From positions 1,394,566 to 1,458,565 of the forward strand of contig ML992501.1 of NCBI GenBank assembly GCA_010093995.1: DNA of 64,000 bases, given 5' to 3'. This stretch comes from Elsinoe ampelina. Lineage: Eukaryota. A model generated the notes under the pieces. It ran no database searches. It worked only from the letters and a program-made list of their open reading frames with translations, and was not told the DNA's origin. A program made the position numbers and the translations under genes. This document shows, piece by piece, positions 24,601 to 37,419 of this stretch. The stretch's first letter is position 1. Each line of letters opens with the position of its first letter.

Positions 24601-24642
24601 GAGTACAGGGATAGCAAGTATGATTCTGGTATTGAGAGGTGA
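21603..24642 (+). CDS. Hydantoinase A/oxoprolinase-like ATPase fused to DUF917; intron lacks a canonical acceptor
   Basis: Hydantoinase A motifs GVDVGGTNTD, SSGPTNSMRGA, DVGGTTSD and ANAVGAA. DUF917-like motifs LGCAGGG, MGSP, EIGGANG, DADWMGRAYP, FKNE and VPDLI. Donor GTAAGT at 23771 and branch CTAAC at 23809; the in-frame join needs an acceptor at 23821-23822, which reads TG. Confidence 0.88.
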
Positions 24643-24911
24643 GGAGGCTAGAGTTCGAATGTAAGAAGATCCTGCGCAGGGCTGATCTCTTGGTGTTGGG
24701 CCATGCTATAGTGCCTATCGAGCTTGTGTAACTACATTTTATCCTCGAAGAACTCCATGTTGTTGTCGTGTCTTGTCCAAAGTCGGTCCAGCGGGCTACA
24801 GCTCTCAACTTTGATTATGCATGATGATCTGCTAAAGTGACCTACCCGACAAAATTTGCATAGCGCCTTGCCAAGAGCTCGGCGTGCGATTTTTGCAGCA
24901 AAAGCGCGAGG

Positions 24912-25053
24912 TGTTGTAATGGAAGGCTGGTACAGCTTCTCTGGTACTGAAGAACTGGTACTGATGAGTCAGCGCACGCACAGTAGATAAATCGGTTATT
25001 GTAACTCTCTGAATGAAACACACGTCTCTCGATCCGATTTGCTAGTTATAACA
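24912..25053 (+). repeat. Copia 5' LTR (142 bp)
   Basis: Identical to 30140-30281 except T at 25049 versus C at 30277. Confidence 0.98.
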
Positions 25054-28000
25054 GGTTATGAGCCCGGCGCTTCTATAAAAGCACTTAAAGCTATAGCAAA
25101 TTAAGCGTGTCATTATTAAAAGGATCACTAAGCCGCCTATACTAAATTCTAGACTAGCTACATTAAGATAAACACTTATAGTAGCCCACATTAACCCTTT
25201 AATCAAACGGTTTAAACGGCTTAAACAAGCTAATTACATTAATTAAATTAACAGGCCTTTAGCTAATTACTATTATTATGTCTAGATTAGCAAAAATGCT
25301 CGAGACTTAGATTCTTAAGAGAGGAAGCAACTATAATACTTAGAGATTAACCCTTAAGGTAGCCCTCCTTAAAAAGGATATACTTAGATATGTAATTTAT
25401 AACATCGACTAGATACTAGTAGTTATAAAGCCTAAAGAACTAGCCCTAGATGCTAGTAAAGGCACTAAGGCAATCTATAAGGTTAGGAACAAGACCTAGC
25501 ACAAGAATAATAGAATTACTTATAGTGTTATTATAATAAGGATTTATAAATCTATTAGACCTTACTATAGTACAACTTAGAAGACTTTAAAGGAACTTCT
25601 AGACACTATTAAAGCTACATTTAAACCTATTATTTCATATAAGCTGTATGTAGCTATCTATAACCTTAATAAGGTAATTATAACGAGTTATAACACCTAA
25701 AGGTACTATAAAGATTTTATAAAGTACTATTATTAATACACTATTACTATAAAGCAAAGAGCAAGCACTATTAGTGCTAAACTAGATAAGTTTAGGCTCC
25801 CTCTATACTATATTAAGACTATGTTTATCATAGAAATAGAGACTACTAAATAGTTAAGGAGCTAGAGATCTAGCCTTAACTATAAGAAGAGTCTTAAAGA
25901 GATAATAGACTCTCTTAGAATATAGAAGCCCCTATACAATAGAAGAACTAATCTAAACCCTATTTATAGAGTAGCTAGTTATATTAAGGATTAATACACT
26001 TAGTGCACTTATTATATCTACTCTAATATAGATTGCTTTAAGTAGCACCCTAAGAAAGCACTAAAGAGTTAGAGCAAAAGGGATAACAAAGATAGGTTAA
26101 ATAACAAAGGCATAAAGGCTAAAGGCAAAGGTAACAAGTTAAAGACTAAGAAAGTTAGAGGTTAAGTAGCTATTAAAGAATCTAGAGAACCTACTAAGGT
26201 AGGTAAATTAGATAAACGCTCTAACACTAATATTAATATTATTATACTAGTCTATAGAGTAGTAGTAGTGTCTATATTATTATCCTTAACCTATAGCAAG
26301 AATAGAGCAATCTATAACTCTAGTGTATTAAGGCACTTTATTAAAGACAGGTTATAGTTCTTAACAATCAAGGTACATAAAGGTGTTCTTAAATTTAAAT
26401 AAGCTATTAGCATAAAGAAGCTACTTAATATAGAAGTTAGTATAGTTAGGCTTACCCTAACTAATAGCAAAGGCAAGAAGTTAATTATTAAGCTTTATAA
26501 TTGTATATACTTACTATTATTACTAAACACCCTTATATCTAATCTTTAGAATAAAGAGGAACTTAGTATCTCTATAGTTAGCAAATTCTTAATGAAGGAT
26601 AGAAAGGAAGTTAGCCTTATTAAACACTTTAAAAGAGTTAAATAGCTTAAGAACTTTAAAGTATATAAGCCTTAGAACTATAAGGAATTACCTATAAGGC
26701 TAAAACTATAGAAGCTATAGGCTATAAGAGCAAATCTAGCTATTATAACTACTTAAAAGCTAACATTAGAAAGATAGCACTAGAGGTTAGGCTATGCTAG
26801 TAACACTATTCTCTCCCTTACTAAAAGTTAAGCTATTAGATTAGAAGAACTTTAAATATTAGATCTTAGCTACTATAAACTATGTGCTATATTAAAGGCA
26901 TAGAGGGTAGTATTAAGAGAACTAAGGGATACGCTAAAGTGCTTACTAGATAAACTCTATCTAGACCTTATTAGTCCTATTAAACTATAGTTAAGTAAGG
27001 GCTATAGATACCTTCTCTTTATAACATATAGCAAGAGTAAGTACAAGTTTATTACTATTCTCTTCCTTAAGAGTAATATACTAGCAGTAATTAAACTTAT
27101 CTATACAAGGAATAAAATAGTCTATAATAAGCTTTTATTTATCTTTATCTCTAATAGAGAAAGTAAATTCAAGAACTATAAACTAGCAATAGCTATTTAT
27201 CTTAAAGAGTAGAGATAGAACATCTCTACACCTAATACTTAATACTAAAATAGTAAATCTAAGGCTACTAATAAAGTAGTTATTCTTAGAATAAGATACA
27301 TCTTTATTAATTATAAAGCACCCCTTAAACTCTAGTATATAGTTATAGAGTTTATAATCTATATTAGTAATAGAATTACCTATACTAAAACTAAGAAGAT
27401 CCCTATATAAGAGCTAAGAAAGAATCTTCTTAATAATAATAGGCTAGTCTTATTAACTTATATTAGACGCTTCGGCTATAGAGCTTATGTCTATAACTAA
27501 CATATTTCTAAATTACACAAATTCTAAGCTAGAGCACTACTTAGTTAGCATGTTAGCATATAGAACAACTTAACAACTAATTACCTTATCTAGATACTCT
27601 ATTAGTATTATACTTAGTAAGCCTAGAAGAGAAAGATTATTATATCACCCTATATAATATTCAATAAGAACATAGTCTATAAAGACTAGGTAACATAAGT
27701 TATTAAATAGCTATATATCCTATAGGTATAACAACCTAAGGCTTTATAGCTTTAGGGGGAGTAGACATTTAGTAGTAATCATAATTAAGGCTATAGCTAT
27801 AACTAACTACCCTTTAGTTATAAGAATCTATAAACTACTTAGGCTAAATAACCTTAAGTTAAACAACTAACATCTAACTACTCTTCTATCCCTAGATATA
27901 AACAACAATTATCTACCCCTATTAAAGAATAGAAGAAGCAATACTAACATCCTAAACTAGATCCTTAACCTGTTAATAAACAGGGGGAGCAACTTAATGT

Positions 28001-30139
28001 TACTAATTATAAAGGTAAAGACCTTATAATACTACTACCTAAAGTTATTAGTGAACTATATTTAACCTTTAATCCTATAGTTAATGTTAATTAACTACTA
28101 ATATATATATAGAATAAGGATATTAACTTCCTTATTACACTATTTAATATATAACCTCTAACTAGTAAAAGGAAAAGATCTCTCTTACTATAAGAAACTA
28201 TTAGAAGGTCCCTTAGAATACATCGCTAGATTAATTACAAGAAACTTAACAATAGTAAGATTATTAGATCTATAGCTGTTAATTTTAAGCTAGACCTACA
28301 AATAGTAAGAGATGTACTATTCTCTCCTAAAGGTTATTACTAGTAAGCTATAATAGAGGCAGAGTAGAAGGCTCTAACTAACTCTAAAACCTTTTTAATT
28401 ATTAAGAAATCTTAGGCACTAAGAGGTGTTAGGCTAATAATAGGCAAATAGGTCTTTAAGACTAAAAGGCTTACTAATAGTAAAGTTAAAAGATATAAGG
28501 CTCGTTAGACTATAAGGGGCTTTACTTAAAGAGTAGGTATTAACTTTGTTAGAACCTTTACACTAATACTAAGAGCTGAAACTAGGAGAGTAATTCTTGT
28601 ATATGCTCTTTATTATAACTAGGTTATTATAACAGTAGATACAGTTACTGTATTTCTTAGACTAGACATTAATATTAAGAACTATATCTCCTACCTAGAA
28701 GGCGTACTAATTCCTAGTAAATAGAACAAGCTTATTGTTCTTATAAAGGGCTTATATAGGCTTAAGTAAGCTACTACCCTCTAGTATAACGCTATAGTTA
28801 AGGCACTTCTATTACTTAGTTTTATTAGATCCTATAGTAATACCTATCTCTTTATTAACAAGTATTATATAGTTCTTATACATATTAACAACTTTAGAAT
28901 TATTACTACTAAGTAGAAGCATATAGACAAGCTAGTTAAAGATCTTTATCTTAAGTTTCTAATAAAGATTATAAACTTAAACCTCTTCCTTAGTGTTTAA
29001 CTTTATAGAACTAAGGACTTAATTAAGATTAAGCAATTACACTACTTAAAGAAGAAGCTTAAAGGTTATAATCTTTACTAAGTAAGAACTGTAAAGCATC
29101 CTATTAATTAACTCTATAAACTAACAAATAGCTAAGTTAATACTTAGTACTATAAGACATTTAATAGGATTATTAGTGAATTATAATATCTAGCTAATAA
29201 CATAAGGCCTGATATTAGCTATGCCACTAATTACCTAGCTAGGTTCCTTTAGAATCTAACTATAGCTTATATAGTTACAGCTAAGCAGATCTAGAGGTAT
29301 ATTAATAGGACTATTATAAAGGGCCTTACCTTTAAGAAGACTAATAGACTATTAGTTAACATAATTAAGGCCTACTCTAACTTAGACTTTGCTAGAGATA
29401 GATTAACTATAAGATCTACATCTAGTACTATCATTTATATACTTAGTGCACTAGTTATTTAGAAGTTAAGGCTATAGAAGATTATTGTATTATTAAGCAC
29501 TAAGGCTAAATACCTTGCCCTTACTAAGACCTATAGAGAGATTAATTAGTTAAGAAATCTTATTATTAAACTTAGGCTACTTGCTAATATTCACCTTAGC
29601 CTAACTATAGTCTTTGTTAATAACAAGTTAGCTATTAAACTTACAAGAGATTATACTAATTTAAGGAGATCTAAGTATATTAATTTAAGGAATTATTACT
29701 ATAGAGAGTAGCATAAACTTGGAGTAATTAAGCTTAAGTACATTAATACAACTTAGTAATTGGCTAATGCACTTACAAAGCCTAAGTCTCCTAATAAGAT
29801 CCTTAATTAATTAGCAAAGGCTAATTACTTAGTGTATATCTACACTATACACTTATTTGGATTTTATATGTATTGTCATTTCAAGCATGTTATTTATGCT
29901 ACTACCACTTATTAAGCTATCTTATTTGTCTAAAGCTTAAAGCAAATTGTTTCATCATTAAGAAGAGAGAAAGGAAAAGCTATTATAACCCTATTACTGG
30001 CTGCTCATGCCTGAGCTACATCCACCACTCAGTACCATCATCACCTTCAACAACCCCCACCTATCCCCTACCTCTAATCACTTCACTTACATGTGACAGG
30101 ACAGTTCTCCAGCTTCAGCAATCTATACCAGAGGGGGAG

Positions 30140-30281
30140 TGTTGTAATGGAAGGCTGGTACAGCTTCTCTGGTACTGAAGAACTGGTACTGATGAGTCAG
30201 CGCACGCACAGTAGATAAATCGGTTATTGTAACTCTCTGAATGAAACACACGTCTCTCGATCCGATTTGCTAGTTACAACA
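30140..30281 (+). repeat. Copia 3' LTR (142 bp)
   Basis: TGTTGTAA...TTACAACA inverted termini; 141/142 identical to the 5' LTR. Confidence 0.98.
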
Positions 30282-30594
30282 CGAGGGGCATCCGCGGCTA
30301 ACCCCCGCTCCGCCCCATTCATCCCCCGCCGAGCTTCCTCATTGACCCTGGTATCTCTATCCTATCCGCCTGTCAGTCTTTCAACGGAAGGTGACAAGCA
30401 TTTCCTATCCATCTGGATCATCCCTGCCAGATCAAATCATGCAGATCTGAGCACTCTCATGGTTTTCCCAACAACGAGCCGTCGGCGACGTCGGTCCTCA
30501 TGGTGGTATTTAGGAAGGGCGGACCCGTCGCTTATCGAGATGTGGTCGAGCAAGCACAAGTCCTGCACGCCTTCCACAGACTCTTTCAGGTGAG

Positions 30595-32315
30595 ATGCGG
30601 TCCACAACTATTCTCAGTGGGCTTCTTGTCCTGACCTCCGTTCATGGAGTGCAATATGGCAACAATTTTGTCGCTGTCCGGAGGGATCCACCTCAAGTCG
30701 AGGCCAATTTTCCACGACCAAATGTGACACTTTTGTCGCCCGCCTTCACGAATCCTGGATCGGTGCCGCCAGAGTTCTCGAATGGCACAGAGGGACCTAC
30801 GAGCGATGCTGTAATGAGTAAGTCCAGTCTCTCCAAGTCACATCCGTTCGCAGCTGCAGTCTCGCAAAGTCATGGTAATAATTCAAGGGAGACTGACTCT
30901 GCACAGATGCATACCTACAGGCTCTCGCCGAGAAGAACGAATGGATCACCTACCAACCCGCCGACTACCTCTCCGAAGAAGGCAAGACAATCCCCTATCT
31001 GTTCCTCTCTCTATCATCGGTCGCTCCTGAGCCAGGCAATATGGCGGCGTACCGAGAATCTGCTCCTGCAGGAAAGGTTCGCGTTTGGATTCAGGGGGCC
31101 GTGCATGGCAACGAGCCTGCTGGCGATCAGGCCGTCCTTGCTTTACTTGGAAAGATGGATGCCGACCAAGCATGGGCTCGGTCAATTCTGGAGAAGGTTG
31201 ACATTCTGGTCTTGCCTCGCTACAACCTTGACGGTGTTGCCTACTTCCAGCGAACGCTCGCCACGAATTTCGACCCGAACAGAGATCATATCAAGCTTGC
31301 TCGTCAACAGACTCGAGATATCAAGGAGACCTTTACTGGTTTCGCTCCTCATGTCGCAGCGGACATGCACGAGTATGGCGCATCTACCAGATACGGTGGT
31401 CTCTACGTTCAAGCCTCGGACGCTCTCTACTCTGCTGCGAAGAATCTCAACATTGCTCCCTCCATTCGCAACTTGTCCGAGACACTCTTTGCCCCTGGTA
31501 TCGGCGCAAACCTGGTTAGCAATGGTTTCCGATGGGAGCCATACGTGACTGGCTCGTCCAGCACAGTGCCAAATTCTACCGTCACTTTTGCCGAAGCCGG
31601 CAGCGATTCGAAGATCGGCCGCAACGCCATGGGACTCACTCAATGCATTACCTTCCTTTTCGAGATGCGCGGCATCGGTATCGCTGACCAAGAATTCTAC
31701 CGTCGCACGGCCGCTGGATTGAACATGCTCGAAAGCACTGTGCAGATCGCCGCGGACAACGCTGAGCTCGTCTACGAGACCGTCGAAGGAGGGATCGAGG
31801 ACTTCGTCAACAGTCAGGATCCTGTAGTTGTCACTGACAGGACCGAGCTGTCAACGCGGAATTGGCAATTTGTGGAATTCGCCAGCGGTAACTTGGTCAG
31901 CGTTCCAGTCCGCTTCCGCAGCACTACACCTACCATCGCCAACCTGACTCGCGCCCGACCTGAAGCCTACATCATTCCCAGATCGTGGGTAGATCTGGTC
32001 CGTCGCCTCGAAGTCGCTGGACTGGAGGTCGAGACTTTGCCCAACACTTTCCGTGGGAACGTCGAAGTCCTCACTGCCCAATCGTTGGATTTTGACAGCG
32101 GATACTACGAGGGTGTGGTGCTTGCGACTGTCACGACCACTGCGAGCCAGAAGAACATCGAGTTACCAGCTGGCAGCTTCCGAGTGAGCACGAGGCAGAA
32201 GAACGCTGCATTGGCTTTCAATGCTCTGGAGCCGGAGAATATCGATAGCTATGTCTCGTTCAACATCATCCCGCTTGAGCCAGGTGATGAGTACCCCGTC
32301 TTCAGGCAACTCTAG
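30595..32315 (+). CDS. Secreted M14 zinc metallocarboxypeptidase (carboxypeptidase 2/MCPB-like), 2 exons
   Basis: Signal peptide; HGNE, NLDG, DPNRDH, DMHEY and FEMRG motifs. Intron 30818-30906 joins the two ORFs in frame. Confidence 0.92.
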
Positions 32316-32453
32316 CGGGTGAAGCGATCCAGTCGCACATCGGTCGAATATTGATACACAACAACAAGAATGGGAAAAGGAGCACTTCACTCTCGCTCTC
32401 ACTCTAAGCTGTCATCCATAGTCGACAATAGTCATCGCCCATAAATCTACTAA

Positions 32454-34163
32454 TCAAGACATGACAAACCCCTCATACCCCCTCCTCTTCACCTCCTCAA
32501 TCTTCCTTCTATACTCCACCGCCGAGCCCCCATACCTCACCACCTTGCGCCTCTGCTTATGCTTCAAATTCCGATTCACCCCCGTGGTCCACGAATCAAC
32601 CTGGCTCCCCAACAACTTCCCATCCAGCTCCACCACATACTCCGTCCACCCCCTCTCCGCCTCCTCCGTCGCCTCAACCCTCTCCACCCCCCGTTCATGG
32701 CAGTGCTTGATCAAATCCATGAACCACCCCACATTCGGCTCGATCGTCCGCGGGATATTCCCCAACGCTTGGTGAGGGCCAAGACTCATGAACATGTTCG
32801 GGAAGCCACGCACCGCCATGCCGAGGTAGGTGTGGATGTTCGGCTCCCAGGTGTCGCGGAGTTTGAGGCCGTCGAGGCCGCGCATGTCGATGGCGTCGAA
32901 GCTGCCGGTTATGGCGTCGAAGCCGGTGGCGTAGATGATGATGTCGTGGTCGAAGGACTTGGCTTTGGTCGTGATGCCGGATTCGTGGATGCTGACGATG
33001 GGGTTGGTGTGGAGGTCGACGAGCTCGACGTGGGGTTGGTTGAAGGCTTCGTAGTATTCTGTTTCGAGAGGGACGCGGCGTGTGCCGAAGCCGTGGTCTT
33101 GAGGGATGAGCTTGTCTGCTACGGACGGGGAGTGGATGCGTTCGCGGATTTTGCGGGCGACGAAGTCGGAGTAGAGACGGTTGGCGGTGGGGTCGGTCAT
33201 GAGGTCCTGAAAGCCGCCGATCCATTTGGCGAAGCTGCGTTGCTGAAAGAGGGATTCCCATATTTGTTCCCGTTCGGCAGGTGGGACGTCGGTGGTCTTG
33301 CGGGGGATGAAGTTGTGGACGAAACCGGAGGGGGAACTTGCGCATTTGGCGAAGATGGAAGGGTAGGAGCGGCGGATGGAAGCCATTTCTTCTTCAGAGA
33401 TGGGTGAATTGTGCATGGGCGCGGTCCAATTTGCTGTCCGCTGGTAGACAGTCAACGAAGAGACAGTCTTGTAGATGGTCTGGATGACTTGGATACCCGT
33501 AGCACCTGTACCGATGATGCCGACTCTTTTGTTGCTCAGATCGATTGGGGCGCTGGGCCAGCGCGAGGTGTGGAAAGACTTGCCACGGAAGCAGGTGACC
33601 CCTGGGATGTCTGGTAGAGTAGGCTCATTGAGAAGCCCAATCGCCGTGACAAGGAAGCGTGATGTGTAGACCCGCGAAGAGTCGTCGGTCAACAACCAAG
33701 AATTGGAGTCTGCTTGAAAGTGTGCAGACTTGATACGGGTGCTGAACTGGATGTCCTTCGTGAGATCGAATCGTTGTACGATGTATTGGATGTATCGGAG
33801 TGTTTCTGGCTGAGCGGCGAAATGCTCAGACCAATTCCACTCGTCGAGCAAGTCTTGAGAAAAGGTAAAGGCATATGTATAGCTTTCAGAATCGAATCGA
33901 GCTCCAGGATAGCGATTCCTACAAGGTGAGTGTCAGCTTGAATAAGACTCTTCGACATGCTACCGAGAAGCATACCAATACCATGTTCCGCCCTCGCCAG
34001 AACCAGCCTCGATGATCTTCGCGCGCAGTCCATCTTGACGTGCCTTGTACAGTGCGTATATACCGCTCAATCCAGATCCTATGATTAGCACGTCGTATTC
34101 TGTCGCCTCATTTGTTTTGCTCAATTGTCGACTCAACTCTTCAACTCTTGCGACTGCAGTCAT
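32454..34163 (-). CDS. Type I Baeyer-Villiger monooxygenase (cyclohexanone monooxygenase-like), 2 exons
   Basis: GSGLSG, GGTWYWNRYPGARFDSE across intron 33975-33919, BVMO fingerprint FRGKSFHTSRWP, GTGATG and ATGFD. Confidence 0.95.
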
Positions 34164-35121
34164 GACTGCTGCGCCTTGTCCTACCTAGCTTCTTGCAACC
34201 TCACAGTCGCACATTGACGCTGCTGTGCTGTATTCGGTCGATAGATGCTGGGAACAGCAGGAGTCTGACCGCATCGCTTCAACTTGGTTAGTAATCTATG
34301 TCCAGCAGACCCACCTGTACAAGTTTACTTTGTACACAACAAAGATAGACACAGGCCAATGGACTGCGCCAGGTGATGCGCAGACAGCATACCGATAAGA
34401 GTGGCCATTGCTAAATCACGCATCGTCAAAGACCAGTGAGGTAGCGTCTCAGGGCAAATTTTCAACCCTGCGGTGATGTGTCAGCGGGGACGGACCGTTG
34501 CCGACCTCATCCTGTCCGACCTGTCGACGATGAGGGACCTCAGTGTTGGAGATTTGGTTCGAATATACACGAATGCAATCTCATTGTCGACCGAGGCATG
34601 TTCTCGCTATATCTGCATGGCGGTCGCAGCGACAAGACTCCAATACCGGGAGCTGTGTCTTCGCGACCCTGACCGAAAGCCTTGGACTGCGTCATGTTCA
34701 CCCCCCCACTCGGGATACAACACGCGTTTTCCATAACTCTGCCTTCTTGGATTATCTCGCTTGTTGCTACGCTCGTAGTGTTCCGGTCCCATCTTTACAC
34801 TGCTTGACCTCTCGGCTGCAGTACCGACCTGGAACTTCATGCAGCGATCCACTACGACGGCAGGGTTCACCGCCAAGTTACATCGTCTGAGGCACCATCA
34901 ACGACCAGACAAGACCATGAGCTTCTTCGCTGCGCCTTCCTTGTCAACAAAAACAGCCTCAGGATGCACTACGATGGAGCAAGGATAAATTGCTTGCAGT
35001 CCGCTCCGTCCTTGAACTTTACTGGCCATTTCTACACACATTTGCTACACACAGTATACATTGCCAGCAGGTCCGAGATTTAGCTCAGTCTTCCCCTCTT
35101 AGCGCTAGGGCTCTACGCATC

Positions 35122-36684
35122 ATGGGTGACAATGAGAAGTCTGAGATACTGGATACGGTCCACAACGATGAAGCACTCAAGGTACTAGCAAATTACGCTG
35201 GTGATGTTGAATGGACCCAAGATGAAGAAGCTCGCCTTCGTCGACGTATTGATTGGAAACTCATGCCTATTCTTTGCATAACTTACGGGCTGCAGTACTA
35301 CGACAAAGCTATGCTTAGCCAGGCGGCTCTCTTCGGCTTGAGGCAAGACTTGGAGCTCACGACCGGTAACAGGTACTCCTTCTCCTCAGCCATATTTTAT
35401 CTCGGATTTACCCTAGGCGTGTTGCCGGCCATGGCTCTTGCTCAACGCTATCCCATTGAACGGGTTACTTCTGGTATAGTAACAGTCTGGGGGATATGTG
35501 TCATCCTGACCACTGCGTGTCGCTCATACCGTGACATCTACGCACAACGATTCTTCCTCGGCCTCCTTGAGTCGGGTGTCAGCCCTTTGTTCATGGTCAT
35601 TGTCGGGACGTGGTACAAGAAGGACGAGCAAGCATTTCGCATGGGCATCTGGTATTGCTGCACCGGATATGCCGCCATCTTTTCTCCACTCGTCAACTGG
35701 GGCTTCGGGCAGATCGGCGGTCCTCTCAATGCTTGGTATTACATGTACTTCTTTGCTGGATCAATCACAATTCTCTGGGGAATAGCTCTGTACTGGGTAC
35801 TGCCGCCTGACCCAATCCGAACCAAAATCCTCGATCAACGTCAGAAGTACATTGCCGTGGCTCGCCTGCGGTCTAACAACTCGGGTGTACGGAACAAGCA
35901 CTTCAAGAAAGAGCAAGTCTGGGAGCTTTTGCTAGATGTCAAGTTCTGGCTACTGTTCGCCTACGCCTTTCTTTGCATGATCACCAATGGACCAGTCTCG
36001 ACATTCATTCCGATCATCATCAACGGCTTCGGTTTCAGCACTCTCAACTCTCTCTTACTGAGCATGCCCGCCGGCTTCATCACTGGCACTCTTCAGCTCA
36101 TCGGGCCATTCATAGCTTACAAGTATCCTGGTGTCCGCACATATTTGATATTCTTCTTTCAGATGGTCACTACCCTCGGTGCTCTGCTTCTTTTACTACT
36201 ACCACTCTCAGCTACCGGCGGTCTGCTCTTTGGATGCTTCATTCTAGCTGCATTTGGTGCCGGATATGCGGTCGTGATGGGGCTGCAGATCGCAAACATT
36301 GCTGGCTATACCAAGCGCACAGTAGCATCTTCAGGGCTGTACATCGGCTACTGCCTGGGTAATTTGACCACCCTCGATATCGGTCGTCGCTGATTCATTC
36401 AGGCAACTTTGTTGGTCCTCTCGTCTTCGAGCCACAGGATGCTCCTCGATACGTTCCAGGCTTCATCATCACAACTAGCACTGCAGTCGCAGCTGGCGTC
36501 ATTGCGATCCTGTATCGCCTATTTTGCATGTGGGACAACAAGCAGAGAGACAAGACAGGTGTTATGGAGGGCTTTGATCATGCTTATGAGGATGATCTCA
36601 CGGACAAGAAGGTTTGTATGACATGCCAGCCGGGTCACCATCACTGACTCTTTTCAGAATCCTCAATTCCGATACGTGTTGTGA
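35122..36684 (+). CDS. MFS transporter, allantoate permease (DAL5-like), 3 exons
   Basis: Motifs RRIDWKLMP, QYYDKA, WYKKDEQAFR, NIAGYTKR and C-terminal DLTDKKNPQFRYVL. Introns at 36359-36402 and 36612-36657. Confidence 0.93.
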
Positions 36685-37419
36685 TCATGCTTGGTCTATC
36701 AAGTACAGAGGCAGTGCATATCCAAATTGATGTCGTCAAGAAAGATTTCTGCCCCAAGAGTAAGAATAGAGGACTCTAGATGAGATGGCTGAGACTCAAG
36801 GGTTACCCTCGTCTGACTGGTCACAAATTATGCCTTACTTTGTCAGATTGTAAAGTCTGTAGTTCATGTGGCCAGGACGTCAAGCTGGAGCTTCGCAATC
36901 GAATCAAGGCAATTGCTAAGTTCACAGATAAAAATCCTTCACTCTGCCGTGAGTGCGACCATGTGAAACGTATGCCATTGGTTCCGGCATGACGGCGAAG
37001 ACCAGATGGCGGACTTCACACTGCGACTTCATCTCGATGACGGAACCGTTGAATGTGTTTCGTTAATAACAACAATTTCATACATGCAGCCCAAATGGAA
37101 TGTGATTAGCCACGGCGATTGAATCTGAAGCTTGCAGGTGCTAAGGTGTGTCGGCTCACCCCATTCTGGGACGAGAGTATGTGAACCACAATTTAGATCT
37201 GAGCCAACTTCAATTATTCCCCGCCGATCCGAGGTCTACAATCCCTCTTACAATTCATTGTCTGTGCAGCAATTGATAAACAAGTGAGCAACACCTGACA
37301 ATACGATTATGCAGCTTCGAATACAACAGAAGAATACCTGGAATTTCAGATCGTTTCTGAAAAACGGTTCAGACATTCAAAAGTGAAGAGACATCGAGAC
37401 AAATCTAATGCAGTTTTAG

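Larger units (their letters stand above)
24912..30281 (+). mobile_element. Ty1/Copia LTR retrotransposon, full length, internal region RIP-inactivated
   Basis: 142-bp TG...CA LTRs, perfect CGAGG TSDs (24907-24911 and 30282-30286), PBS GGTTATGAGCCC at 25054 and PPT AGAGGGGGAG at 30130-30139. Order: gag (zinc-knuckle relic ~25995), protease (IYNSSV =YDSGA ~26310), integrase (*H*RLGY ~26775), RT (K*VFKTK, YKAR, KGLYRLK*) and RNase H (YSNLDFA, LANALTK). Confidence 0.96.

Noticed and set aside
29873..30178. 101-aa ORF at the Copia 3' end
   Set aside because: Non-ATG start, runs through the PPT into the LTR, and has no recognisable motif.
36780..36992. 70-aa Cys-containing ORF (CKVCSSC...CRECDH) as a zinc finger or JmjC upstream exon
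   Set aside because: Short, and I could not build a supported splice path to 37420; left uncalled.
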